The notes under the pieces are model-generated. The model saw nothing but the letters and a program-made list of their open reading frames with translations, ran no database searches and had not been told where the DNA came from. Below are positions 1-7,425 of a stretch of 13,747 nt of DNA, piece after piece. Made by a program: the position numbers and the translations under genes. Numbering within the stretch: the stretch's first letter is position 1; the number at the start of each line of letters is the position of its first letter. The stretch spans positions 1-13,747 of the forward strand of contig JAWBRA010000036.1 in assembly GCA_038844785.1 (NCBI GenBank), read 5' to 3'. Source of the stretch: Candidatus Caldarchaeum sp. (GTDB lineage Archaea > Thermoproteota > Nitrososphaeria_A > Caldarchaeales > Caldarchaeaceae).

Positions 1-2
1 GC

Positions 3-2216
3 AAATTCTACGTCAGGGTTGTTGACTGCTCCAGCCAGCAGCCTGTAGCGGGGGCCTCAGTCAACCTAGATAACCCGGGTCACAGAGCATCTTCAGTTAC
101 GAACATGACGGGCTACGCTGAGATAGAGGGTTACGCATGGTTCTACACCTACTACATTACTGCAAGCGGCTACAGGTTTACCTATGGTGAGAGAAGGTTC
201 TCGATAGGGGAGGTTTTCACAACATGCTTGTTCAGGGAGACTGGTGGGTTTTGGAGGGTTGTCTCAGACCTTCTCAGCTGGCAGGGAGACATACATGCCG
301 GAGGAGCTGGATGGGGATTGGTGAGGCTGAAGAACTTCGAGTCAGGAGTATTCAACATAACTAACATAGAGCTTATGGTTTCAGGATATGACAGGCCTGT
401 AGGGTTCTGGACATCTAATAGAGGAAAGATTCTCCCCAAGCTCCTCGACACATACTTCAACCTAACAGTCAAACCTCCTCAAGACTCTCCGGTCGGCAGG
501 CTTAAGGCCGAGCTGAGAATAAAAGCAGTCATAATAGGCGATGATGGGAGCAGGATAGGGCCTCTAACCCTCTTCACAGACCTAGACTACATCCTGATAA
601 GAGAGTTCAGAAGCTTCAACATAACAGTCCTAGACTACTGGGGTTTCAACCGCGTTCCCAATGCCTCAGCCACGCTTGTCAGCCAGCTTACAGGAGCATC
701 CTACCAGCTGTCGGGAAATGCTGAAGGCGTTGTTTCAGGCAGAAAGATTCCCGACGGAGTATATAGGATGCAGGTGAGATACACGTCGCCTTATGATAGG
801 GAAACATACGTTGTTTACGACAGGTTTCCCATGCTCGCAGACTTGGCCAGAGAGGGGTATGTCAAGACAGACCTGCACGAGGCTCATATAAAGCCCAGAG
901 ACCTTTCAGGCAGGCCTCTCAACGCCAGTGTTGCGCTTGGCAGGGTAATGGCTGTCGCCAAAACTGTCTCTAGGCCTTGGGGTGAGGAGGTAGCCGCAGT
1001 CTTCGTAAACGTTCCAGAAGGAGTTTATCCCGTGAGGGCTTTCTGGAAAGGTGTGGAAGTCTACAAGGGTGAGGTGAGGGTTGATGAGCCTTTAGCCAGA
1101 CCTGACCCGGGCGGCCTTCTCGAACCCGTCCTCGACGTGGGAGACATAGTAATCATCCTCAAGGATGCTGTGGGAAGAGGTTTGAAAACAAATGTAACAG
1201 TCAGCCTTAACGGCATGAACCAAACCGGCTTGAAGCAGGTGGTTTACACCCGTCTCCCAAGGGGCGAGCATACATTCACCGTTTCAACCTTCAACAGGCT
1301 GCTGGGAAGAGAGGTGAACGTTGGTACATTTACTTTCAGGATACCTGAGCACCATGGAGTCCATGAGGTAAGGCTGGGCATATTCGACGCCGTAATCAGG
1401 CTTCAGACAGCAGACGGAAGGCCTGCCCCAATAGAGTCTCTCCAAGTTGAGGGACGTGACTTCAAGGTGGTTAACGGAGAAGCTTCGGTCTCCGACATTA
1501 CCGTAGGAAGATACAGTATGAAGGCCGTGTATATGGGTGTGACTGTTCTCGACGACATGGTGGAGATAAACAACAGCGATGTAGTTGTCAGGACAAGCAT
1601 TCACAGCCTCAGGGCCAGCGTCCAAACAGTTGACGGAGAGCCTTTGGAGAAAGGGTTGTTTACAGTAGATGTCCGTGGTGAAAAGGTCACTGCCCAGATT
1701 GCAGGAGGAGCAGCATACATACCGTTCCTACCTGCTGGAAAGTTCCCGTTGAAAATATCTGTGGGCGGCCAAACCGTTTACGACGGTCTATTACAGGTTG
1801 ACGGGTTGGACAAGGTGATAATCGCTAACGCTGGAAGGCCTGTAGTTTACGTGGTTGACCAGAAAAGTATTCCCGTGGAATCCGCTGAGGTGGAAGTTGT
1901 AGATGTTGGAAAGGCCGTGACAGGTGTAAACGGCTCGGCGAAGCTAGGGCAGACACCTGTGAGAGAGCTTCCATACAGGGTTTTCTACAAGGGGCTTGAG
2001 ATGTCTTCAGGGATGCTTAAACCCGGAACGCCTGTGAAAACAGTCGTCAAGCTTGTCAATATAGCGGTCAGGGTTGTCAACGAGTTGGGTTCTCCAACAG
2101 ACTCCGACGTAGACCTTGTGAGAGGAGGAAGAACTATCGCAAGAGCTTCAGGCTCCGAGGTAAGGTTTGACGGAGTGCCTTCAGGAGGCTACAGCCTGAG
2201 TCACTCATGGACCTAA
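3..2216 (+). CDS. Large surface protein with tandem carboxypeptidase-regulatory-like beta-sandwich repeats (5'-partial, main body)
   Basis: The frame is open from the window edge (KFYVRVVDCSSQQPVAGASVNL precedes the ATG at 105). About 8 repeats begin with V.V.D..G.P...A.V (e.g. FNITVLDYWGFNRVPNASA, LRASVQTVDGEPLE, IAVRVVNELGSP) and contain P.G.Y-like motifs (IPDGVY, VPEGVY, VPSGGY). Many NxS/T sequons. Confidence 0.8.
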   Translation, partial: KFYVRVVDCSSQQPVAGASVNLDNPGHRASSVTNMTGYAEIEGYAWFYTYYITASGYRFTYGERRFSIGEVFTTCLFRETGGFWRVVSDLLSWQGDIHAGGAGWGLVRLKNFESGVFNITNIELMVSGYDRPVGFWTSNRGKILPKLLDTYFNLTVKPPQDSPVGRLKAELRIKAVIIGDDGSRIGPLTLFTDLDYILIREFRSFNITVLDYWGFNRVPNASATLVSQLTGASYQLSGNAEGVVSGRKIPDGVYRMQVRYTSPYDRETYVVYDRFPMLADLAREGYVKTDLHEAHIKPRDLSGRPLNASVALGRVMAVAKTVSRPWGEEVAAVFVNVPEGVYPVRAFWKGVEVYKGEVRVDEPLARPDPGGLLEPVLDVGDIVIILKDAVGRGLKTNVTVSLNGMNQTGLKQVVYTRLPRGEHTFTVSTFNRLLGREVNVGTFTFRIPEHHGVHEVRLGIFDAVIRLQTADGRPAPIESLQVEGRDFKVVNGEASVSDITVGRYSMKAVYMGVTVLDDMVEINNSDVVVRTSIHSLRASVQTVDGEPLEKGLFTVDVRGEKVTAQIAGGAAYIPFLPAGKFPLKISVGGQTVYDGLLQVDGLDKVIIANAGRPVVYVVDQKSIPVESAEVEVVDVGKAVTGVNGSAKLGQTPVRELPYRVFYKGLEMSSGMLKPGTPVKTVVKLVNIAVRVVNELGSPTDSDVDLVRGGRTIARASGSEVRFDGVPSGGYSLSHSWT

Positions 2217-2424
2217 GCAGGTGGAGACGCAGGTAAGAGCTGAGCAGGAGGACACAAAAGTAACAGTCACATTACCCATAGCCGCCATAGTGCCGGGTTT
2301 AAACCAGCCACTCAGCCTCTCAGAAATATACATGATAGCAACGCCCGTGATTATCGCGGCCATAGTCGTAGCATCCCTCTTCACACTCTCGAAATTGAGG
2401 GGTAAACTCTCGGTGAAAGTTTGA
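2200..2424 (+). CDS. Frameshifted C-terminus of the surface protein, with TM anchor
   Basis: After GGYSL (CTG 2196-2198) the +1 frame reads VTHGPKQVETQVRAEQEDTKVTVTLP, completing the last repeat. It then gives a TM helix (MIATPVIIAAIVVASLFTL) and a basic tail (SKLRGKLSVKV). Confidence 0.75.
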   Translation, partial: VTHGPKQVETQVRAEQEDTKVTVTLPIAAIVPGLNQPLSLSEIYMIATPVIIAAIVVASLFTLSKLRGKLSVKV

Positions 2425-2468
2425 GAGAAGAAGATTGTCCCGAACCCTTTGGCAAACTCTTCTCTCAA
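2421..2468. terminator. Hairpin between the convergent surface-protein gene and the CRISPR trailer
   Basis: Perfect 11-bp inverted repeat TTGAGAGAAGA (2421-2431) / TCTTCTCTCAA (2458-2468), with inner pairing TTGTC/GGCAA. The terminator function is inferred. Confidence 0.45.
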
Positions 2469-2625
2469 CCCCTCATAGGTATTCTACGAACGGTGGCCCT
2501 AATCATGGTCGCCATAATCCTAAACGAACTCTCAATCCCTCATAGGTATTCTACGAACTGTAGTAGAGCAGGTCGCCGATGGCGTTTTTAGGATGCTCTC
2601 AATCCCTCATAGGTATTCTACGAAC
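2462..2625 (-). CRISPR. CRISPR array, 3 repeats / 2 spacers
   Basis: 30-bp repeat CTCTCAATCCCTCATAGGTATTCTACGAAC at 2462-2491 (one mismatch at 2469), 2529-2558 and 2596-2625. Spacers of 37 bp at 2492-2528 and 2559-2595. The minus-strand repeat ends ATTGAGAG, resembling the class 1 ATTGAAAN handle. The degenerate repeat is distal to an AT-rich leader. Confidence 0.95.
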
Positions 2626-2746
2626 GCTTTACAAAATACTGTTATATGGTTTGTTTTAAATGTTTTGCACAGTTCATCGTCGTCGATGTTTAATCCTGTT
2701 TCCATGTCTACGGTTCGACGGTTAGAGGAATATATCGGGCGAGCCT
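2626..2746 (-). promoter_or_regulatory. CRISPR leader with BRE/TATA-like element
   Basis: Non-coding and AT-rich next to the repeat. Minus-strand CAAAACATTTAAAA has its TATA part at 2654-2660, 28 nt before the first repeat. Confidence 0.7.
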
Positions 2747-3510
2747 TTAATTTTGCGTAGATATTTTGTTGTCCATAGCATGTTTAATCACCTCTATCAT
2801 TCCGAATCCTTGGGAGTTTTTGCTGCCGATTCCCGCTTCGTAGTCCATTGCGATGAGTTCTGGACTGCCCTGTATCTCGTAGGTTCCTGACCAGCTCTTT
2901 ATGACCGTGCCTTTAAAGACGTGGATGTGTTCCCGCGGCCTAGACCCCTGATGGGGTTTTATGCTGACATATCCTTTTAGCTCTTTGCCTGTGAGGGCCT
3001 GGATTTTTTCACCAGGTTTTTGCTAATCATGTCGCTGAACTCATCCTCAAAAGGCGAGTAATAATATGTCTTCTTTCCTCCATCTCCCGTCATAAGGGTG
3101 GAGTAGACCGTGATGGGGGAGAGACTTCTGCACAGGATTTTATCATTGATTTGTGGTCGTTCTGGGAGCTCCAGCGCGGTCACCCTCAGCTCTTCACCAT
3201 AGAGGTATACTTTGCCGTTGCTCAAAAAACCGTTTACAGCTTCCATGACAAACCTCTCCACCGGCGAGCTTATGCATAGCTTGATAGGCGGCTTGAAAAC
3301 TATTTCAGCACCATTCAAAACATACCTTCCGAGAAGACGGGAGAAAGTGAAGAGTTTGAAGCTTCTTTTACCCACCGTGAAACCCGCCTCATGTAAAAAC
3401 TTGCTGAAATCAGGTGAAAGCATCCTATAAATCAGCGATTGCACAGCATGGTTGTAGTCATGAGGAAGTTTTAAGGGCTCCGATGACGTGAACGATAACC
3501 AGAACCGCAT
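2747..3510 (-). pseudogene. cas6: CRISPR endoribonuclease Cas6, frameshifted at an A6 run (3004-3009)
   Basis: The N-terminal part has LPHDYNHAVQSLIY, FLHEAGF, FKLFTFSRL and LSPITVYST. Adding one A at GTG-AAA-AAA-TCC continues as IQALTGKELKG...YEAGIGSKNSQGFGMIEV, the Cas6 glycine-rich loop, to TAA at 2747-2749 (254 aa). Confidence 0.92.
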
Positions 3511-3534
3511 AGAAAAACTTTCATGACTGTATGC

Positions 3535-3541
3535 TATTAAA
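3535..3541 (-). promoter_or_regulatory. TATA box for a leaderless cas6 transcript
   Basis: TTTAATA lies about 25 nt upstream of the ATG at 3510. Confidence 0.5.
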
Positions 3542-3581
3542 TATTTCCGACACTAGGCGCACTCTTTAACAACACCTCTCG

Positions 3582-3913
3582 GATAGTGTCTGTATAAGAC
3601 AGGGTAAGTCACCTACTTCTTTTGTTGTTTGGTGATATGACGTGGAAGCCAGTGATAGTAGTAGACAGGGGTCCATGGTACACATGGGCGTTAAACAGGC
3701 TGGGAATAGAATACTTCCATGAAACGTTTGGGGAGAGGGGCAGGATAGAGAGGTGGTTCAGGGAGCTGAAGGAGAGGACAAGGAGGTTCTACAACAACAT
3801 AAACTCCAAGAAGGTAAAGAGCATAGAAGAGATAGCATCAGCCATAGCCCTAATACACAACACACTACTCAACACCCAAAGGGAAGGAGGTGTAATACTT
3901 GGTTGACAGTACC
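3582..3913 (+). mobile_element. Internally deleted IS6-family element
   Basis: Contains the C-terminal part of an IS6 transposase. Right end TTGACAGTACC (reverse complement GGTACTGTCAA). The candidate left end GATAGTGTC at 3582 matches it at 7/9. No target-site duplication seen. Confidence 0.7.
3637..3906 (+). pseudogene. IS6/IS240-type DDE transposase fragment
   Basis: KPVIVVDRGPWYTWALNRLGIEYFHETFGERGRIERWFRELKERTRRFYNN carries the second D and the E of the DDE triad, as in archaeal IS6 transposases. GGTGAT lies directly before ATG 3637. The N-terminal part is missing. Confidence 0.85.
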
Positions 3914-3956
3914 ATTGCTGAAAACCGTTTACCCTGCTGGTCAGCAGGACCATGGG

Positions 3957-4337
3957 TTAGAGGTTTCCGCCACAGCTGTCTGATAAAAGACGGTCGGCTT
4001 TAGTGAGTTCTTTAACCCTTCGGTAGTACCATTCCGCCTCTTTTTCGTCCACCAGATGTATATTTCGAAGGGATGGTAGAGCGGCAGGCCAGCCTCCTCC
4101 TCTATCCTAAGCTTCACCTTCGCTCTTTCGAGGTTGCTCGCAGGAGTATGCTGGGAGACTGCCAAGATGTCGACATCGCTTCCGCCGACAGCCTCGCCCT
4201 TCACCACGCTGCCGAAAACATAGACCTTCGCGTCAGGCAAAACCTTGGAAACAGCCCTAGCAATCTCTCTGACGTATTTCCTCCACTCGTCTAACCATAC
4301 GGGCCCTCTGGAGGAGCTCGTCAAAGTACCATTCCAA
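3957..4337 (-). pseudogene. Minimal nucleotidyltransferase (MNT antitoxin), frameshifted
   Basis: VYVFGSVVKG...SDVDIL motif. Removing an extra TA at 4059-4060 restores PFEIHLVDEKEAEWYYRRVKEL to TAA 3957, parallel to PFEFHVVGKEAAEKYFR in the intact paralog. An extra base near 4289 probably separates the N-terminus LEWYFDELLQRARMVR (TTG 4337 after GAGGTG). Confidence 0.8.
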
Positions 4338-4389
4338 ACTGAAGCACCTCCTTAGCAGCGTTGACCAACAGCCTTGCATCCTCCGTCAA
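4321..4389 (-). pseudogene. C-terminal remnant of a HEPN protein
   Basis: LTEDARLLVNAAKEVLQFGMVL* resembles the last HEPN helix and overlaps the MNT start, the same geometry as the intact pair at 6684-7377. Confidence 0.5.
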
Positions 4390-4453
4390 ACGGATAATAT
4401 CCGACCTCTTCCGTGTGCAGCACGTTGTAACAGTGTTCTTTTCCAATTTAAGC

Positions 4454-4933
4454 CTATGAAATCATCCATACGGATATTTTTCCGTCTGTTTTTGCGTATA
4501 TTTTTAGAGGCTCTGTCTTAGCGCCTCCCATTCCGGGCGAGCCGGCGGGCATTCCCGGGACGGCTATCCCGTCTAAAGTTGGTTTTTCTGAAAGGAGCTT
4601 TGCGATTGCTTCGACTGGTACATGGCCTTCGACAAAGTAGGAACCTGCTTGAGCTGTGTGGCAGCTGTAAAGCTCCTTTGGAACACCCAGCTTCTTTCTC
4701 ATGTTCTCCAGACCTGTGGCGTCGACTGTAACGGTGCGGAAGACAGCACCCCTGCTCCTGAGATAGGCTTCGTAGTCTTTGCAGCAGGGGCATTCCTCGG
4801 TTCTGTAGATTGTTAGCTCTACGCCAGAACCTGTGGTGGGTGTGTTTCCAGCCGTTGTCCAGGTCTGCAGCAGATATGTTGTTGAGACGACCGCTATGGC
4901 CAGCAGCGCCAGCGGAACAATCTTTCTCATCAT
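4454..4933 (-). CDS. copG: DUF411 / CopG-type copper-binding protein with N-terminal anchor
   Basis: CPCC, SCHTA, YFVEGHVP and GIAVPGMPAGSPGM signature motifs. The true start is MMRKIVPLALLAIAVV at 4933; the longer ORF-track extension overlaps the upstream gene. Confidence 0.88.
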   Translation of the reverse strand: MMRKIVPLALLAIAVVSTTYLLQTWTTAGNTPTTGSGVELTIYRTEECPCCKDYEAYLRSRGAVFRTVTVDATGLENMRKKLGVPKELYSCHTAQAGSYFVEGHVPVEAIAKLLSEKPTLDGIAVPGMPAGSPGMGGAKTEPLKIYAKTDGKISVWMIS

Positions 4934-4944
4934 CCCACCATCCG

Positions 4945-5331
4945 TTACTGTGGCTTCCACGTCAGCGCGAGTATTCCGCCTACCAGCGCTAGGAGAGCAC
5001 CTATGATGAAGCCTCCCATCCCGAAGATGCTGATTATCGAGAAGGCTAGTATGAGCGCTCCCCATGTGTGGGCTTGGCTTGGACGGCTTTGAAGCATCAA
5101 GGCGCTGGCTATGACGACTATTCCCGAGGCAAGACCTGTGAGCGAGAGGGCTGACCATGCCCAGGGCATCCACCATCCCATCATCATCCCAGGGCCCATC
5201 ATACCGCCCCAGTAGGCCATGCCACCCCACATCATCCACGCGGTCAGGCCAAACAACCCTCCAGCCAGTATGAGCACGCCCCCGACCAAGGATAGGATGA
5301 AGGCTGCCGTCGGTTTTTCCGCCGCCTTCAA
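4945..5331 (-). CDS. Small ~4-TM membrane protein with Met/Trp/Gly-rich loop
   Basis: Hydrophobic helices flank WMMWGGMAYWGGMMGPGMMMGWWM. TTG start immediately after the upstream stop. Confidence 0.8.
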   Translation of the reverse strand: MKAAEKPTAAFILSLVGGVLILAGGLFGLTAWMMWGGMAYWGGMMGPGMMMGWWMPWAWSALSLTGLASGIVVIASALMLQSRPSQAHTWGALILAFSIISIFGMGGFIIGALLALVGGILALTWKPQ

Positions 5332-5334
5332 CCA

Positions 5335-6060
5335 CTACTCCTCCATCTCTATCTCCTGTATGAATTGGCCGTGCCAGCTGTGGTACCAGACTTGGCCCGT
5401 GAAACCGTTTACGCTGAGCATCCCGTGAGTTCTTCCGCCGAGCTTGTAGTCCATGGTGTAGTAGCCGTAGAAAGTCATCGGATGCTCTACTTCAACGTTT
5501 CCGCCGAACCGGTTGGACAGATAGTTTAACGCAATCTCCTTGGCTTGTTCAGGGCTTACCGGCATGTTGGCCGTGGGAGTGTTATACCATCCCATCATAG
5601 CGTAATGCATGCCGTACTTTGTGTTCCACATCATGTTAGGGCCTGGCTCTGGGTATACGTAGCCTGTGTATGTGTTGACTAGGAGCTCGAAAGCCCCTAC
5701 GCCTGTGTCACGCTCGACAACTACGGCGTAGAAGTTGTACTGAAACTCCATGACCTCATGCAGCCTATAGTTTCCGCCAAGGCCTGCGACATACCTTTGC
5801 AAAACATCGACCGCCTGCTGTATTGTGAGCCTCCGGCCCGTGGGTGCTGCCACCCCTCCAAACCAGCCGAAGCACGGACACTGCCCCATCATCCCGCCGT
5901 CCATCATGTTAGGATACCAGCCGTTGAACGGTGTTTGCCGAGGCATCGCACGATACTGCTGTGCACCCCACCATGGCGGCAGCGCATAGGCAGCCAGCAG
6001 ACCCGCAGCCAGGACAGCCGTAGCCAACGCAGCCAACAAAAGAACCTGTTTGTTAACCAT
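5335..6060 (-). CDS. Exported Met/His-rich protein with two PepSY-like domains
   Basis: Signal/anchor helix, then MMDGGMMGQCPC. Two PepSY-like units (LTIQQAVDVL...LLVNTYTGYV and VSPEQAKEIA...LSVNGFTGQV), a PEPGPNMMWNTKYGMH linker and C-terminal YHSWHG. Confidence 0.8.
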   Translation of the reverse strand: MVNKQVLLLAALATAVLAAGLLAAYALPPWWGAQQYRAMPRQTPFNGWYPNMMDGGMMGQCPCFGWFGGVAAPTGRRLTIQQAVDVLQRYVAGLGGNYRLHEVMEFQYNFYAVVVERDTGVGAFELLVNTYTGYVYPEPGPNMMWNTKYGMHYAMMGWYNTPTANMPVSPEQAKEIALNYLSNRFGGNVEVEHPMTFYGYYTMDYKLGGRTHGMLSVNGFTGQVWYHSWHGQFIQEIEMEE

Positions 6061-6091
6061 TTCTGATCAGATACAAATCTCCTTGGAGCCG

Positions 6092-6127
6092 CTATAGGGT
6101 TTTCTTGAAACGGTCGTGAAACGGTCG
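6092..6127 (-). promoter_or_regulatory. Weak BRE/TATA (GAAAACCCTATAG) with an adjacent 11-bp tandem direct repeat (candidate operator)
   Basis: TGAAACGGTCG occurs at 6106-6116 and 6117-6127, a perfect tandem. It lies directly upstream of the TATA-like element, which is about 32 nt before ATG 6060. Confidence 0.65.
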
Positions 6128-6207
6128 AGCCCGCTCAACAAGGTATAAAAGCGGGAATACGGCGGCGAGTAAACCCTTAAAACCGGCTCATCGCCTAAGT
6201 TTGTAGA

Positions 6208-6687
6208 TTGTTTTCTGGCCGTCCCGCGAAGTTTCTGATGGTTTTTTCGCTGGCGGCTGGAGCCGCGTTGCTGGCAACAGCAGCTCTCAGCGTTTGGCAG
6301 CACGACGTCGTCATGGGCGGGATGATGAGGCAGATGATGGGCGGCGTTTTCCCCGGCATGATGCTATGGATGGTAACCCCGCTCATCATAGCTGCGGCGG
6401 TGCTTATGATACTTCCCGTAGCATTCTACATACTACTCGGAAGCCAAACAACAAGCATAACCGGGCTTACCGAAGAGGAGAAAGCAGTGGTTGACTACCT
6501 AACCCGTAACGGCGGAAGCTCCGAACAGAGGGCGATAGCTAAAACCTTAGGGTTTTCACGTCTAAAAACACATCGTCTAATAGCGTCGCTGCGCCGCAGA
6601 AACGTTGTGGAAGTCGAGCCCCGCGGAAGAACAAACATAGTTAAACTTAAGAATTTTCAGAAAACCAGCGCTGAGAATCTTGTTTAA
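6208..6687 (+). CDS. Membrane-tethered winged-HTH transcriptional regulator (2 TM + Met-rich loop)
   Basis: TM1 FLMVFSLAAGAALLATAALSVW, loop HDVVMGGMMRQMMGGVFPGMM, TM2, then wHTH LTEEEKAVVDYL...QRAIAKTLGFSRLKTHRLIASLRRRNVVEVEPRGRTNIVKL. AAACCCTTAAAA (6171-6182) lies about 25 nt before TTG 6208; ATG 6238 is an alternative start. Confidence 0.85.
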   Translation: MFSGRPAKFLMVFSLAAGAALLATAALSVWQHDVVMGGMMRQMMGGVFPGMMLWMVTPLIIAAAVLMILPVAFYILLGSQTTSITGLTEEEKAVVDYLTRNGGSSEQRAIAKTLGFSRLKTHRLIASLRRRNVVEVEPRGRTNIVKLKNFQKTSAENLV

Positions 6688-7007
6688 ATCGGTTTAAGAG
6701 TGTTTTTGATGATACGGAAATATTTTTCCGCAGCTTCTTTCCCTACCACGTGGAACTCGAACGGCTCTTCAAAACCAGCTCGCCAAAGCTGTGCAATAAC
6801 CTCCGCAGGATTTAGGTCGGTGACGATCAGAACATCTACATCGCTGATCATAGAATGTCCCCCACGCGCAGCCGAGCCGAACAGATAGAGCTTCGAGTTC
6901 TCGTCCAGCTTAAGCATAAAACTCTTCAACCCACATAGATGTTTGTCAAGGTTTCTGAAGATCTCCTTTCTCCGTTTCGCTCTTTCAACCAGTATGCTGT
7001 CTGACAA
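6684..7007 (-). CDS. Minimal nucleotidyltransferase (MNT antitoxin)
   Basis: LYLFGSAARG...SDVDVLIV polymerase-beta motif, 107 aa, overlapping the upstream HEPN gene. Confidence 0.9.
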   Translation of the reverse strand: MSDSILVERAKRRKEIFRNLDKHLCGLKSFMLKLDENSKLYLFGSAARGGHSMISDVDVLIVTDLNPAEVIAQLWRAGFEEPFEFHVVGKEAAEKYFRIIKNTLKPI

Positions 7008-7377
7008 AGCCTACGACCTCTTCATAAAACCTTATGTGACTGTTGGCCTCCTCCTTGGTGAATTCACGTGGAAAACACCGCGATGTGATGTAAGCATCCT
7101 CGAGGGAAGAAAACTCAACAACCCGTTCTTCTGCAAACTTTTCGAAAACGCCCCTTTTGTCCAAGCATTCGCCCAACAGGATGAAGAGCCCTCTTAACGT
7201 ATGGGTTTTGGGGAACTCAACACCGTTTTCGAGCAGCTTCGCCTTCAAAAACAGCTTCAGCGACTGCTCCGAGCTGAAAACAACCATGTCGTAATCTGCT
7301 CGGGACATGTGGAAATCAGCCGCCGCTCTAAACTTTTCAGACCTCCTTAGGAGGGTGAGAATTTCATCTTTTCGCAA
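6985..7377 (-). CDS. HEPN domain protein (toxin of HEPN-MNT pair)
   Basis: EQSLKLFLKAKL, FPKTHTLRGL and LEDAYITSRC (usually SRY) motifs. Likely TTG start at 7377, about 30 nt after AAAAACATAATAG; GTG 7422 is the longest-ORF start. Confidence 0.88.
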   Translation of the reverse strand: MRKDEILTLLRRSEKFRAAADFHMSRADYDMVVFSSEQSLKLFLKAKLLENGVEFPKTHTLRGLFILLGECLDKRGVFEKFAEERVVEFSSLEDAYITSRCFPREFTKEEANSHIRFYEEVVGFVRQHTG

Positions 7378-7425
7378 GTTTTCTAGACAGAACGTCGTTG
7401 CAACAGCTATTATGTTTTTCACGGT

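Noticed and set aside
2425-2461. 37-bp gap equal to spacer length, suggesting a third spacer
   Set aside because: No recognisable fourth repeat at 2395-2424, which is coding sequence.
2492-2595. Spacers share GGTCGCC and short complementary words (ATCCTAAA, CGCCAT)
   Set aside because: The matches are 6-8 nt and not in an order that allows one helix; compatible with chance. I saw no protospacer within the window.
3908-4333. AGTACCATT occurs three times (3908, 4025, 4325)
   Set aside because: Two copies are Glu-Trp-Tyr codons on the minus strand and spacing is irregular; not a target-site duplication.
4934-5335. N-terminal 134-aa extension of the DUF411 ORF in the ORF track
   Set aside because: It is an off-frame read of the 4945-5331 membrane gene; a proper signal/anchor starts at 4933.
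5887-6328. 12-bp inverted match CATCATCCCGCC / GGCGGGATGATG across the divergent promoter
   Set aside because: Both encode Gly-Gly-Met-Met in opposite-strand genes, so protein composition explains it.
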